This document shows positions 1 through 10,145 of a DNA stretch of 63,511 nucleotides, piece after piece. The translations under genes and the position numbers were made by a program. The first letter of the stretch is position 1, and each line of letters starts with the position of its first letter. The stretch comes from Promethearchaeota archaeon (GTDB lineage Archaea > Asgardarchaeota > Lokiarchaeia > Sigyniarchaeales > SOKP01), in the NCBI GenBank assembly GCA_048940645.1, contig JBHLOI010000017.1:1-63511 (forward strand), written 5' to 3'. The notes beneath the pieces are model-generated. The model did not search any database. It saw nothing but the letters and a program-made list of their open reading frames with translations, and was not told the origin of the DNA.

Positions 1-1101
1 TCCCATTTTTGCAGTTTCTTCCATAATCTTTAGATATGAAGGCTCAAACTCTTTTATCCATTCCTTTTTAATTTTTATTTCATGTTTTGGAAATGCAAAC
101 AATTTACCGTTATGATCTCCTTGAATATATACCTCTGTGAGAGCATTAAATAACTTTAAACACTCCTCTTTATAATCCCCATATTTTCCAGCAGTTATAC
201 CATGAGGTCCCACAGCGGGAATACTCAATAATCCATCTGGAATAGTTGGAGTGCAAGATATTGAAGTAAATGGAACTTGGCCTCCCCTTGCAGCAAAAAT
301 TTGATTTGTTTCAAAAATTAGACACTGCATGGATTGTTCTATTTCCCTATTAGAAAGCCCTCTAGCGTAAGGAGCTAAAAATGTAGTTATATAATCATAA
401 CCTTGCCCACCACTAAATTCACCTTGAATGATCCCTAACCATTTAGCTAGATGAGTTACTGCCACTCTTAGACTTCCAGCGGGACCTGATCTGCTACAAT
501 GTACCCAACTATCAACGGGAGGTAAGCCATGTTCAAGAATCATTCGAGGATCCCATTCTTGACAAAATGGCCTTAGATCAAAATATCTAAGCATATGAAC
601 ATGAATATCACCATATAAATGAGCATGAGCTTCTTCTGAATCTAAAATTCTTAATAAAGCATATTCATCAGAAATTCTATTTGCTGCCCAGTGATGAATG
701 CTCTCTGGATTCATATCTTGATTCGCATTTTCATTTATACCTTTTTCTAAAATAGATTCATAATCCATTAATGGCATACCAATTCTGGTATATAGTTTGC
801 GTTCTTCTTCAAAATGCTGTTCTGATAAAATAGAACATACTATTTCTCTAATATGTGGTCCAGAAAGAAATTTAATCCCTGAAGATATAATCCTCCGAAC
901 TACTAATTCTGTTATTTTATCAGCAAATTTCTTATCTAATCCTGTCTCTCTTATTAAACTTTGTTCAATTTTAACAGGATCAAAGGATACAACATCACCT
1001 TCAGTTCTAAAAACTCTCGGTAATAAGTTTATTAAAATCCCATTAGTTAATTTTTGATCACTTTTTTCTTTAATAGTTTGAGAACCTGGCACTAAAACCA
1101 T
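1..1101 (-). CDS. nrdD: Anaerobic ribonucleoside-triphosphate reductase (class III), N-terminal part with ATP cone; runs off the window edge
   Basis: Not in the ORF track. Manual translation from ATG at 1101: MVLVPGSQT...PRVFRTEGDVVSFDPVKIEQSLIRETGL...SGPHIREIVCSILSE...RKLYTRIGMP...NENANQDMNPESIHH...AHAHLYGDIHVHMLRYFDLRPFC, typical of archaeal NrdD. Confidence 0.93.
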   Translation of the reverse strand, partial: MVLVPGSQTIKEKSDQKLTNGILINLLPRVFRTEGDVVSFDPVKIEQSLIRETGLDKKFADKITELVVRRIISSGIKFLSGPHIREIVCSILSEQHFEEERKLYTRIGMPLMDYESILEKGINENANQDMNPESIHHWAANRISDEYALLRILDSEEAHAHLYGDIHVHMLRYFDLRPFCQEWDPRMILEHGLPPVDSWVHCSRSGPAGSLRVAVTHLAKWLGIIQGEFSGGQGYDYITTFLAPYARGLSNREIEQSMQCLIFETNQIFAARGGQVPFTSISCTPTIPDGLLSIPAVGPHGITAGKYGDYKEECLKLFNALTEVYIQGDHNGKLFAFPKHEIKIKKEWIKEFEPSYLKIMEETAKMG

Positions 1102-1516
1102 AACAATCTATCACATTTTTCAAATTTTAATATTCTTATAGCTAAAAAAGGCTTAATATCTGATTAATAATCAAATTATTTTGTCGGCATCAATACCTGA
1201 GACAAAAGATTTATTAATTCTTTATTAACGTTAATATTTTACCTCTTCTGATATAAAAATTTATTTATCTTTTCAATTTAAACTTATTTTATTAATCTAA
1301 TATTTCAAATTTTCACTAAAGTTCTTATTATTTACGAAAAATTTTAATCCTTTTCTAATTAAATCGGGGATAATATCTACTTTTTCAATAATAGCATCGA
1401 AAATAAAAAAATGTCGTCCTTGGCGATTTTTTAATTTTTTATGAAATTTAAAAAGGAGTAATTATGAATATATTTAAACAAAAAAATATTCAAATTTCTC
1501 AAAAAGAGGATTTTAA

Positions 1517-1846
1517 ATGAAAAATAAATTATATAGTAAGGATAGCATTGAAGCAGTTAAAGTTTTAGATGGAGTCTACAGAAGAACTCTTAGTTATAGC
1601 GAGGATCTTATGTTGTGTCATTTTTTTCTTCAAAAGGGTTCAGAGATCCCAATTCACTCTCATAAAGAACATCAAATTGGATATATAATAAGAGGAAAAT
1701 TGAAGTTTTTTACAGAAAATGATGATTTTGTTGCAGGAGAGGGAGATAGTTATTTATTTAACTCTAATGAAAAACATGGAGCCATTATATTAGAAGATTC
1801 AGAAGTCATTGACGTTTTTAATCCGTCAAGAGATGATTATAAATGA
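1517..1846 (+). CDS. Cupin-domain protein
   Basis: Cupin motifs IPIHSHKEHQIGYIIRG and GDSYLFNSNEKHG; C-terminal IDVFNPSRDDY. Confidence 0.9.
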   Translation: MKNKLYSKDSIEAVKVLDGVYRRTLSYSEDLMLCHFFLQKGSEIPIHSHKEHQIGYIIRGKLKFFTENDDFVAGEGDSYLFNSNEKHGAIILEDSEVIDVFNPSRDDYK

Positions 1847-1878
1847 AAAAATTATAAAATAATAACAGAAAAAGTTTT

Positions 1879-2232
1879 TTACCATTGATATACGGCTATA
1901 ACAAAAATAGCAAAGATACTAAATAAAAGTTCTGCGATTACCCAGTCAAGGTATAACTTCTTTTTTTGATCTCTATTTTCTTTAATTTTTGAAGCTAATC
2001 CAAAACTAAAGGCTGAGTTAATACCAGTAAAAATTGTAATTGTGATGGTTGGAGCGCTATATTCTAATTCAATTAAATCTAATACAAAATCCAATAAAAA
2101 CCATCCTCCTAAAAAAAGGATTAAAGCAAATAGAAATATCCAACCTGAAAATTGAATGATCTTTTCGAATATCATATCCTCTTTTAATGAACTTTCTATA
2201 GGTTTTTTTGCTTTTTTCTCAACTTTTGACAT
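1879..2232 (-). CDS. Hypothetical membrane protein (about 3 TM)
   Basis: ORF with three hydrophobic segments; co-oriented with nac. Confidence 0.75.
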   Translation of the reverse strand: MSKVEKKAKKPIESSLKEDMIFEKIIQFSGWIFLFALILFLGGWFLLDFVLDLIELEYSAPTITITIFTGINSAFSFGLASKIKENRDQKKKLYLDWVIAELLFSIFAIFVIAVYQW

Positions 2233-2306
2233 CTTTTCATACCTATCTCAATATAATTGACTTTAATAATGGATGCTTCTTAATTTTTATTTTTTTCAAA
2301 TGATAA

Positions 2307-2789
2307 TTATAATGGCCTATTTTTAAGCTGTAAAATTGCCTTTGCAATATCTCCTTCACATTCAATCAAGATAGCTTTAGCTTCTTCTTTATCCACATTT
2401 GCTTGCGCAGCAACGAGCATAATATCATTTTCCGTTATGGTTGGTTTGGCTTCAATATCATTTGAGGATTCAAGCAGTTCTGTATCTTCTTTTTCTTCAA
2501 CCAATAGTTCCTCTGGAAGATATTCTCTTGCTTCTCCTAATACTTGGTAAATTTGCTGGCCCATTTGTTTCATAAGGATTACTTCTGGTTGTTCTATTAC
2601 AAGAGTTTTTTCTGTACCTTCAATAATTACTCTAGTAGCTTCAATTTGATCCATATCAATACCCTGTTGCTGCATTCGACGGCGCATTTGTCGTGAACCT
2701 AATTGACTCCCTTCTCTTTTTTTAACTGCTTGTGGTCTTTTTGGTTTGCTCTTTTCTTTTTTTTGCATTTCTTTAGGTAATTTTACCAT
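2307..2789 (-). CDS. nac: Nascent polypeptide-associated complex protein (archaeal NAC)
   Basis: RQMRRRMQQQGIDMDQIEATRVII NAC domain plus C-terminal UBA-like DIMLVAAQANV..EEA..IL....GDIAKAIL. Confidence 0.93.
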   Translation of the reverse strand: MVKLPKEMQKKEKSKPKRPQAVKKREGSQLGSRQMRRRMQQQGIDMDQIEATRVIIEGTEKTLVIEQPEVILMKQMGQQIYQVLGEAREYLPEELLVEEKEDTELLESSNDIEAKPTITENDIMLVAAQANVDKEEAKAILIECEGDIAKAILQLKNRPL

Positions 2790-2839
2790 TTTAAACTCAG
2801 ATTTTACTTTTTATTTAATAATATATAATTAAAAGAACT

Positions 2840-3331
2840 TTAAATTTTTGATTTATCAATTCCTCTTCTAACATTTACAGCAATTCCTCTCTTAAAACTT
2901 CTTAAATAGGGAACAGGAAACATTAATTTGCCTATTGCTAATAACTCATCCTTTTGATTCACAACAATAACCTCGTCTAAGGCTCTTAGATTATCATCAA
3001 TATCTATTATGTGCTTACAAAACACATTTCTACCCTTCTTAATAAATTCTGATATTTCATTTTGGACAATAACACGTAATATTGGTTTAGGGACACTTCT
3101 GATAATTTTTTTAGCGGAAAATATGCTTAAGGTAAAAAAACCATTAGTAGGTCTAAAATTCAATAATAGATTCTCATGATAATAAATATGTCTCATACGT
3201 CCAGTATTTTTGGAAAATTCAATATGTATATTATTATTATTGTCAAATAAAACATCAGTTATTAGAGGACCGAATTGGTAATCACAAATAGCTTTTACTT
3301 TCCTTAATGTTATTAGCAATTCTTGTTCCAT
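2840..3331 (-). CDS. PUA-domain protein (archaeosine tRNA-guanine transglycosylase C-terminal-like)
   Basis: DYQFG, SKNTGRMR, GRNVFCKH..D.D..LR..DEV.VV, GIAVNVRRG. Confidence 0.85.
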   Translation of the reverse strand: MEQELLITLRKVKAICDYQFGPLITDVLFDNNNNIHIEFSKNTGRMRHIYYHENLLLNFRPTNGFFTLSIFSAKKIIRSVPKPILRVIVQNEISEFIKKGRNVFCKHIIDIDDNLRALDEVIVVNQKDELLAIGKLMFPVPYLRSFKRGIAVNVRRGIDKSKI

Positions 3332-3419
3332 AATAATTTAAAAGAAATCTTCGATTTAAAAATAAGTTGATCTATTATTTATTAAGTGCTATAAGTTAGC
3401 ATAGAATAATATATTTGGT

Positions 3420-4628
3420 TTAGGAATAAAGTCTAGATTCAATTGCCTTTTCTTTAACTTTATGCATTACCTTTTCAATTGCATTAATAAAATCATCCTG
3501 AATTATCATCTCTGCGTCTTTTCTGATTGCGAACATTCCTGCTTCAGTACAAATAGCTTTTATATCTGCTCCAGTAGTGCCCTCTGTTAATTCAACTAAT
3601 TTTCTTATATTTATCTTATCTTCAGCGTTTAAGCTTCTCATATGGATTTGAAATATTGCTTTTCGTGCTACCTCATCAGGTATAGGAAATTCAATCATCC
3701 GGTCAAATCTACCTGGTCTTAATAAAGCAGGATCTAAAATATCAACTCTATTCGTTGCTCCGATTATTTTAACATCTCCCCTTTGCTCAAAGCCATCCAA
3801 CTCACTCAATAATTGCATTAAGGTTCTTTGAACCTCTCTATCACCTGATGTTGCTATTTTAAGTCTTTGAGATCCTATAGCATCCAATTCATCAATGAAC
3901 AATATTGTTGGGGATTTATTTTTTGCTAAATTGAATATTTCTCTTACTAGTCTAGCTCCTTCACCAATAAATTTTTGAACCAATTCAGATCCAATAATTC
4001 TAATAAAAGTTGCTTCTGTTTCATGAGCGACTGCTTTTGCAACTAAGGTTTTACCGGTACCAGGAGGGCCATATAATAACACTCCTTTAGGAGGCTCTAT
4101 TCCAACTTTCTTAAATAGATCCGGTTTAAGGAGTGGTAATTCCACAGTTTCTCTTACTTCCTGTAATTGTTGATTCAAACCACCTACATCTTGGTAAGAA
4201 ATATCAGGAATAGAATCAACAACTTCCATACCTTTAACAAACGGATCTAATTTTGTCGGTAATACTTCCATAATTGCGAAAGTCCTTTGATTTAAAGCTA
4301 CTCTCATTCCTGGAGATAATTTTTCATTTTTTACTTTCCTACTCATATTAACTACAAAACTAGGTCCTGTTGAACTCTTTACTATTGCTCGTCCTTTATC
4401 ATCTAATAAATCTATAATAGTTGCGGATACTAGAGGTGGTTCTCTTAAGCGATCAATTTCGTTTCTTAAACTATGTAATTCTTGCTCTAATCGTATCCTT
4501 TCAGCATCTAATAATTGTTTTTCAGTCTCTAAATTACGTAGTCTTTTTTCTAAATGCCTGGTATATGTTATTAAATATTCTCCATCCTTACTTTCTTCTT
4601 TTTTTCTTCTTTCTTTAGTTGTGGTCAA
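3420..4628 (-). CDS. pan: Proteasome-activating nucleotidase
   Basis: N-terminal coiled coil + OB domain, Walker A GPPGTGKT, Walker [17 protein letters not shown]-terminal HbYX (LYS). Confidence 0.97.
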   Translation of the reverse strand: MTTTKERRKKEESKDGEYLITYTRHLEKRLRNLETEKQLLDAERIRLEQELHSLRNEIDRLREPPLVSATIIDLLDDKGRAIVKSSTGPSFVVNMSRKVKNEKLSPGMRVALNQRTFAIMEVLPTKLDPFVKGMEVVDSIPDISYQDVGGLNQQLQEVRETVELPLLKPDLFKKVGIEPPKGVLLYGPPGTGKTLVAKAVAHETEATFIRIIGSELVQKFIGEGARLVREIFNLAKNKSPTILFIDELDAIGSQRLKIATSGDREVQRTLMQLLSELDGFEQRGDVKIIGATNRVDILDPALLRPGRFDRMIEFPIPDEVARKAIFQIHMRSLNAEDKINIRKLVELTEGTTGADIKAICTEAGMFAIRKDAEMIIQDDFINAIEKVMHKVKEKAIESRLYS

Positions 4629-4869
4629 AAAAAAAATACCCCTTTATGAATGTTTTAATTTTATAGACTATTGCTTAATTTTATAATAACCATTTATTCA
4701 TTTAAATTTAAGGTAATACCAATATATCATGAAAATGTCGCTTTCTAAAAAATTTATAGGTTATATTTTATAATGAATTACACTTTAAAACCAAAAATTA
4801 TAAGAGTTCTGAAACCAATTTTAATAATATAAAAATCTCCTCAATTAAATAATAGGCTAAATTGATAAT

Positions 4870-5397
4870 ATGGCAAAAAAAGGATTTAACGATCTCGATA
4901 AAGAATGCCCTATTTGCGGAAGTATAATATGGGGGAAGGGAGTCAAAGTTTTAATAGAAGGAGCAAAAATTACTGTATGCCAAGCATGTGCAAAACATGG
5001 AAAAAAAATATATATGCCCCAATTAAGTAAACCCAAACAAACAAAATCTTTACAATCAAAAAGGATTTCTAAAAAGTTAGAGCTCGACGACGGTTTAGAA
5101 ATTGTAAGTGATTACCACCATAAAATAAGGAGAGTGAGGCAATCTTTAAGCTTGAATCAGGATCATTTTGCACAAAAACTTAATGAGAAACCTTCTTTAA
5201 TAAGGAGAATTGAAGCTGGTAAAGTTGAACCCACTTTTAAATTAGCAAAGAAAATTGAAAATGTATATAATATTAGACTTATAAAAAAAAAAGATGAATC
5301 AGAAGGAATTGTGTCAACTGATAAATTTTTAAAAAGATCATCTGGTAGATCCTTAGGTGATATAGCTTTTATTAAAAAAAAAAATAAAAAATCATAA
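4870..5397 (+). CDS. mbf1: Archaeal multiprotein bridging factor 1 (Zn ribbon + HTH)
   Basis: CPICG...IEGAKITVCQACAKHG and HTH LNQDHFAQKLNEKPSLIRRIEAG; next to pan as in many archaea. Confidence 0.93.
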   Translation: MAKKGFNDLDKECPICGSIIWGKGVKVLIEGAKITVCQACAKHGKKIYMPQLSKPKQTKSLQSKRISKKLELDDGLEIVSDYHHKIRRVRQSLSLNQDHFAQKLNEKPSLIRRIEAGKVEPTFKLAKKIENVYNIRLIKKKDESEGIVSTDKFLKRSSGRSLGDIAFIKKKNKKS

Positions 5398-5420
5398 TCT
5401 TTTTTATCTAATTTTTTAAC

Positions 5421-7463
5421 TTACACCTTTTTCGATATTAAAATCTTTGCAGAATTATACGCACCCGAAAATCCCAATTCTTCTGGTTTACTAGAAGTAA
5501 AGATATTAACATTTACATTTTTTTCCAGACCTAACGGTGAACCAGAATATATAAGGGCTACGTTTGAATTTAAAGCATTATTTTCTTCTAAAAAATAAGT
5601 AGCGGATCCAAGATCATTAGAAACTAAAACTTTTTCACCTATTTTAAATCCTAGTTTCTCTATATCCAAAGAGCATAAAAATATTTTTTGAAAAACTTCC
5701 AAGTATTCTGGGTGTAGTTGACCAAATTGAGAATGGATATAGTATTTATGAGATGGTGTTATTAGTAAAAATTCATTTTTTTTACATTTTAAACGATCTT
5801 CTAATTGCTCATTTCCATAATAAAACTTGATATTATGGATTTGAATTCGCCCATTAGGTGTAGGAAAAAGGAGTTTCTTAAAAGGAACAGAATTTTGATC
5901 AAATAGTAAATAATAACCTTTATCTTCAACACTTTTTTGTATTTCGAGAGGCAATAATGTTAAACATTTTTTATAGATAGAAATTTCATCCTCATTAAAA
6001 ATCGAGTCATTTTCAAATCCAACTTTAGAGGCAAGGTGACGGAAAAATTCATAATTAGAGACACAATCCTCATAGGGACATGGCCCTCCCTGATTAATGG
6101 ATATTCCAGGGATATAATAAGGAGCAATTAAATCATTTGTCTCAAGATCGAATTTTGAAGGAATAACTATATTAGCATATTTTGTAGTTTCATTTAAAAA
6201 ACATTCTAGCACAACAACGAATAGATCCTTTCTCATTAATGCATCAATAATCTGTTTTTGATGAGGAAGTGAGCTTGCGGGATTAAAATTGTATATGAAA
6301 ACCATTTTATATCTATCAGAAGATAAAGTCGTACCTAATTTAATTAAATCAGTTTCAACCATATGCGAATCTGGAGTGTTTTGTGTAATATAATCCAATA
6401 GAGGTACTGTTAATTGATTATTGAAATCGCTTTGTGAGTAAATCAAACCCGTACCAGGGATCCCAAAATTTCCAAGGATAATTTGAATTAAAGCTATTGA
6501 TTGGATTATTCTACCACCATAAAAATCTTTTTGAACCCCATAACCTACATTAAAAATAGTTTGATGCTTAAACTCTATTAATAAATTTATAATCTTATTA
6601 AAGCTCTCATGTTTTATTTCTAATAATTCTCTAATTTTTTTTTCATTCAATTTTAAAGCTTGAGTTAATACCTGTTCATATCCATCAACATGATCTGATA
6701 AAAAAATCTTATCTATACAATTTGCTTGTATTAAACTCTTAACAATTAAGTTAGCCAACATGTGATCTGTACCAGGTTTGGTATAAATAAAATGATCAGC
6801 CTTCTGTCCAATCTCAGTTTTACGAGAATCAACTACAATTAACTTTACTCCTCTTTCTTGAGCCTGTTTTATTAAATGATATGCATGAACATTTCTATTG
6901 GAAAGGTCACTTCCCCATACAAAAATTAATTTTGTGGCTGGATTATTTAATTGAAAAGGATTAGTCGTAGAATAGGTGCCAAAAAGCTGTGTAAGTCCTG
7001 TGCATCCCCCTTCATTACAAATACCACCAGTAGTGACTGAACATCCTAATTTCCCAGAAAATCTTAATGGTGAAAATCTAGAGACCAAACCAAAATTCCC
7101 AGAATTAAAAGTTAAAAGAATTGATTTTGGTCCAAATTCGCGTTTAATATGCAACACCTTTTCTGCGATAATCTCTAGTGCGTTCTTGAGATTGATGATT
7201 TTAAATCGATTATTACCTTTACTACTATCACGAAGTAACGGTCTTTTGATTCTCTGAGGATGATAAATTAGCTTTTCTCTTTGATTATATTTAGCACAGA
7301 AAAAGCCTTTTGTAAATGGATGTTGTTTTAAAGCATTGGCTGATTTAAATTTAAATTCTGACTCGGTATCATCCCATTGCCCTAAAAAAACACACGAGCC
7401 ATAACAGTCTTTTGAGCATGTTCCAAATCTTACTTTTTTCGTTCTTTCTCCGTTTAATATCAT
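5421..7463 (-). CDS. Molybdopterin-dependent oxidoreductase catalytic subunit (DMSO reductase family)
   Basis: N-terminal CSKDCYGSC...C Fe-S motif, HPQRIKRPL, PGTD, VVLECFLNETTKYANIVIP, HSQF. Confidence 0.9.
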   Translation of the reverse strand: MILNGERTKKVRFGTCSKDCYGSCVFLGQWDDTESEFKFKSANALKQHPFTKGFFCAKYNQREKLIYHPQRIKRPLLRDSSKGNNRFKIINLKNALEIIAEKVLHIKREFGPKSILLTFNSGNFGLVSRFSPLRFSGKLGCSVTTGGICNEGGCTGLTQLFGTYSTTNPFQLNNPATKLIFVWGSDLSNRNVHAYHLIKQAQERGVKLIVVDSRKTEIGQKADHFIYTKPGTDHMLANLIVKSLIQANCIDKIFLSDHVDGYEQVLTQALKLNEKKIRELLEIKHESFNKIINLLIEFKHQTIFNVGYGVQKDFYGGRIIQSIALIQIILGNFGIPGTGLIYSQSDFNNQLTVPLLDYITQNTPDSHMVETDLIKLGTTLSSDRYKMVFIYNFNPASSLPHQKQIIDALMRKDLFVVVLECFLNETTKYANIVIPSKFDLETNDLIAPYYIPGISINQGGPCPYEDCVSNYEFFRHLASKVGFENDSIFNEDEISIYKKCLTLLPLEIQKSVEDKGYYLLFDQNSVPFKKLLFPTPNGRIQIHNIKFYYGNEQLEDRLKCKKNEFLLITPSHKYYIHSQFGQLHPEYLEVFQKIFLCSLDIEKLGFKIGEKVLVSNDLGSATYFLEENNALNSNVALIYSGSPLGLEKNVNVNIFTSSKPEELGFSGAYNSAKILISKKV

Positions 7464-7571
7464 AAGAACATCCGAATTAATTTAAGTTTCAAATTGTATG
7501 GGATATTTTTTAAAAAAATAAATATAAATATCTTATTTCGTAGAAATATAAAGATACGAATTATTATTCTA

Positions 7572-8201
7572 TTACTTTTTTTCAGTAATTTTAAAATGAC
7601 CTTTTTCAATACGAACGATTTTTTCTCTCAAAAATTGAATTAATGTTTCATTTTCTTGAGCTTCTAAAGGTTCACCGCAATCTGGACAACGAAAATTATG
7701 CTCAAAAGCGTCCTCAAAATTAAATTTTGTACGAGGCACTTCGCAATTTTTACAAATAAAAAAGTAATTATTTTCTTCAAACTGTAATCTATCTCTTAAT
7801 TTTCTCTCTAACAATTTCTTTTTTTCCATTAAAATTTCATCAAGTAAATCAAATTCGTGCCACCAATAATATATAAACCAACCAGTGGATTTATCCCTAA
7901 TTCTTCTAAATTGTGCTAATTTTTCACTATATAATTTATAGAGAGTTTTCCGTACAGTATTTAACTTTAAAATTTCAGTATCGTCTGGCTCAAAATCTAC
8001 GCCTTTCCCTTCTTTTTCAATCCTTTCTTTGATATTTTCTGTAATATCTTCATCTGTAATATCTTGATTTTCTGAATTTAATAATTCAATTCCAACTTCA
8101 ATTGCTATATCGCCCCCGATGATATATAAAAAGGATCTTAATAGTGAATTTAGTTCCTTCAAAGCCTTTCCTTCTAATAGATTTTTCTTTTTTTGATACA
8201 A
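7572..8201 (-). CDS. tfe: Transcription factor E (TFE alpha)
   Basis: LKLNTVRKTLYKLY..KLAQFRRIRDKSTGWFIYYW; Zn ribbon FICKNC...FEDAFEHNFRCPDCG. Confidence 0.95.
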   Translation of the reverse strand: MYQKKKNLLEGKALKELNSLLRSFLYIIGGDIAIEVGIELLNSENQDITDEDITENIKERIEKEGKGVDFEPDDTEILKLNTVRKTLYKLYSEKLAQFRRIRDKSTGWFIYYWWHEFDLLDEILMEKKKLLERKLRDRLQFEENNYFFICKNCEVPRTKFNFEDAFEHNFRCPDCGEPLEAQENETLIQFLREKIVRIEKGHFKITEKK

Positions 8202-8256
8202 ATAAATCTAATATAAAAATTAAATTTTTTCAAAATAATATTAGATAAAATCAATC

Positions 8257-9045
8257 TTAAACTACAATATCATACTGTTTTTCAATTATTTCACCGTCTA
8301 TATCCAAAGAACGTAAAAGTTTTCCGCTTCTTATAGCCATAATCCTTATTAATCTCGAATCTTTTATACTTTTTGGAAGTTCTATGTCTTTAATTTTGTA
8401 GTTGTTTGAAATTATAATTGCTTTCCATTTTTCAGGAAGCTCAGATTTAAAGTCAGGCAGAGTTTGTTCTATAACCGTGTTTAAATTTTGATTGGTATTA
8501 TTTATATAACCTGTACTAAATTGAATTCTTTTATTAACATCGTCCTCTCCTACTTTTTTCTTTGACGGTTGGGGAATGTTTTGTTTAGTTGTAACTTTAC
8601 AATTAGGATTGATATTAAACGATATTAAAAAATAACTATTCTTTCTAAGAGCTTCAATAGTTTCTAATAATGATTCTTTTTTTATTTTATCTTTAACCTC
8701 AGTTGTATAATTTTTTGTTTGCCCAGTCGACCTCTTTAAATCCCAATTTAATCCCAAATTAGATAATAATTCACTAATATCAGTTCCCGTAATTAGTTTA
8801 CCTTTTATTTCAATATCTTGATTTAACTTAGAGATTGATCTAGTAACAAGTTCTAAAATCACATCCTCATATTCATGAGATCCCTTTAAAGTAATTTTTG
8901 TGCTAGTTTTTGAAATCTTTAATGCTGGACCTATAAAGAAACCTCTCGAATACCTATAAAAATGACGGTGGACGTTCATGTAATTCTTGGCAGGTTCGGA
9001 TAAAATAGGTGATTCAATTAATTGTTTTAAAAAATGCATTTTCAA
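8257..9045 (-). CDS. Conserved hypothetical protein
   Basis: Long ORF with motifs VHRHFYRYSRG.F.GP and IRIMAIRSGKL; function not recognised. Confidence 0.75.
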   Translation of the reverse strand: MKMHFLKQLIESPILSEPAKNYMNVHRHFYRYSRGFFIGPALKISKTSTKITLKGSHEYEDVILELVTRSISKLNQDIEIKGKLITGTDISELLSNLGLNWDLKRSTGQTKNYTTEVKDKIKKESLLETIEALRKNSYFLISFNINPNCKVTTKQNIPQPSKKKVGEDDVNKRIQFSTGYINNTNQNLNTVIEQTLPDFKSELPEKWKAIIISNNYKIKDIELPKSIKDSRLIRIMAIRSGKLLRSLDIDGEIIEKQYDIVV

Positions 9046-9200
9046 ATCTTGTTATTGTATTGATTATCTAATATTAATCTTATATTAAATTTTAAGGTTA
9101 ATATTCAAAATTTTATTTAATTAGAGAATAATAAATCGAAATCTTGAAAAAATTAAAAAAAAATGATAAATTTGATATAGTAAATTTATAAATATATTTA

Positions 9201-9437
9201 ATGATACTAATGCTTTATACATTTTTTATGCTCAATCAGTTTCAAGTACCTTCATTACCATTATGGATTTTAGCATGGATTTTTCTTATAATTGGATTAA
9301 TTGCTTTAACGATCTTAATAGTATACACGAAATATGGAAGAGAAATATCAATTAAACTCTCAGTAATCGCAGTTATCATCACTGCTGCATTTTTAGGTTT
9401 TGCTACTCATTTCTTTCTCCTCAATTTCGGAATTTAA
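9201..9437 (+). CDS. Small membrane protein (2 TM)
   Basis: Two hydrophobic helices; true start may be an internal ATG. Confidence 0.65.
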   Translation: MILMLYTFFMLNQFQVPSLPLWILAWIFLIIGLIALTILIVYTKYGREISIKLSVIAVIITAAFLGFATHFFLLNFGI

Positions 9438-9603
9438 AAATAAGAAAATAGTTTTTTTCCTTATAGTTTTTGAAAAATTTGCTTATCTACCGAAAAAATT
9501 TTTTTAAAAGATCACTAAAATAATTTGTTAATATTTAAAAAAGAAGAAATCTATTCTTCTTTTAATCTATCTTTAACTTAAACCATAATTGTGAGAAAAT
9601 AAA

Positions 9604-10041
9604 ATGTTATTTCAAGAATTTGATACATTAATTTTTATAGTAGGGTTGATTTTAGCAACAATAGTCGTTACTTTGATAATGTATATCGCAGTACTTGTCG
9701 TTGTTTCTAAAACTAAAGCCTCTGACAAGAAATTTTTAATTCTGCTTTTAGCTTTCATCGGTGTTTTAGTTCTTCCTATTGTAGTTAATGCAATAATGAC
9801 AGTTTTAAATATTATTGGAAATGGTATAGCAGCAATTAGAAATGCAATAGATGGTGGAGGGCGAAACTTTCTAGTAAATTTTGGTCCAATTATCTTCTTT
9901 CTACTACTTTTAGTTTTAACAAAATTTTTACTTGATGTAACTTGGGATCATGCATTATGGATTTCATTGTTAACACTATTTATACTGTATATTATATACT
10001 CTATAGTGCCAGAATTATACGAACTTGTTCCATTCGGGTAA
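9604..10041 (+). CDS. Hypothetical membrane protein (about 4 TM)
   Basis: Four hydrophobic segments. Confidence 0.75.
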   Translation: MLFQEFDTLIFIVGLILATIVVTLIMYIAVLVVVSKTKASDKKFLILLLAFIGVLVLPIVVNAIMTVLNIIGNGIAAIRNAIDGGGRNFLVNFGPIIFFLLLLVLTKFLLDVTWDHALWISLLTLFILYIIYSIVPELYELVPFG

Positions 10042-10145
10042 GTAACTTTTTGAATAAAAAATATAAGCCATTAAAAAATTAATAACAATTTTTTTTAATT
10101 TTTCAAAAATGGCAATCTTAGAATAATATAAATAATAAAAAGAAA

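Noticed and set aside
797-1057. 86-aa + strand ORF
   Set aside because: Antisense shadow of nrdD
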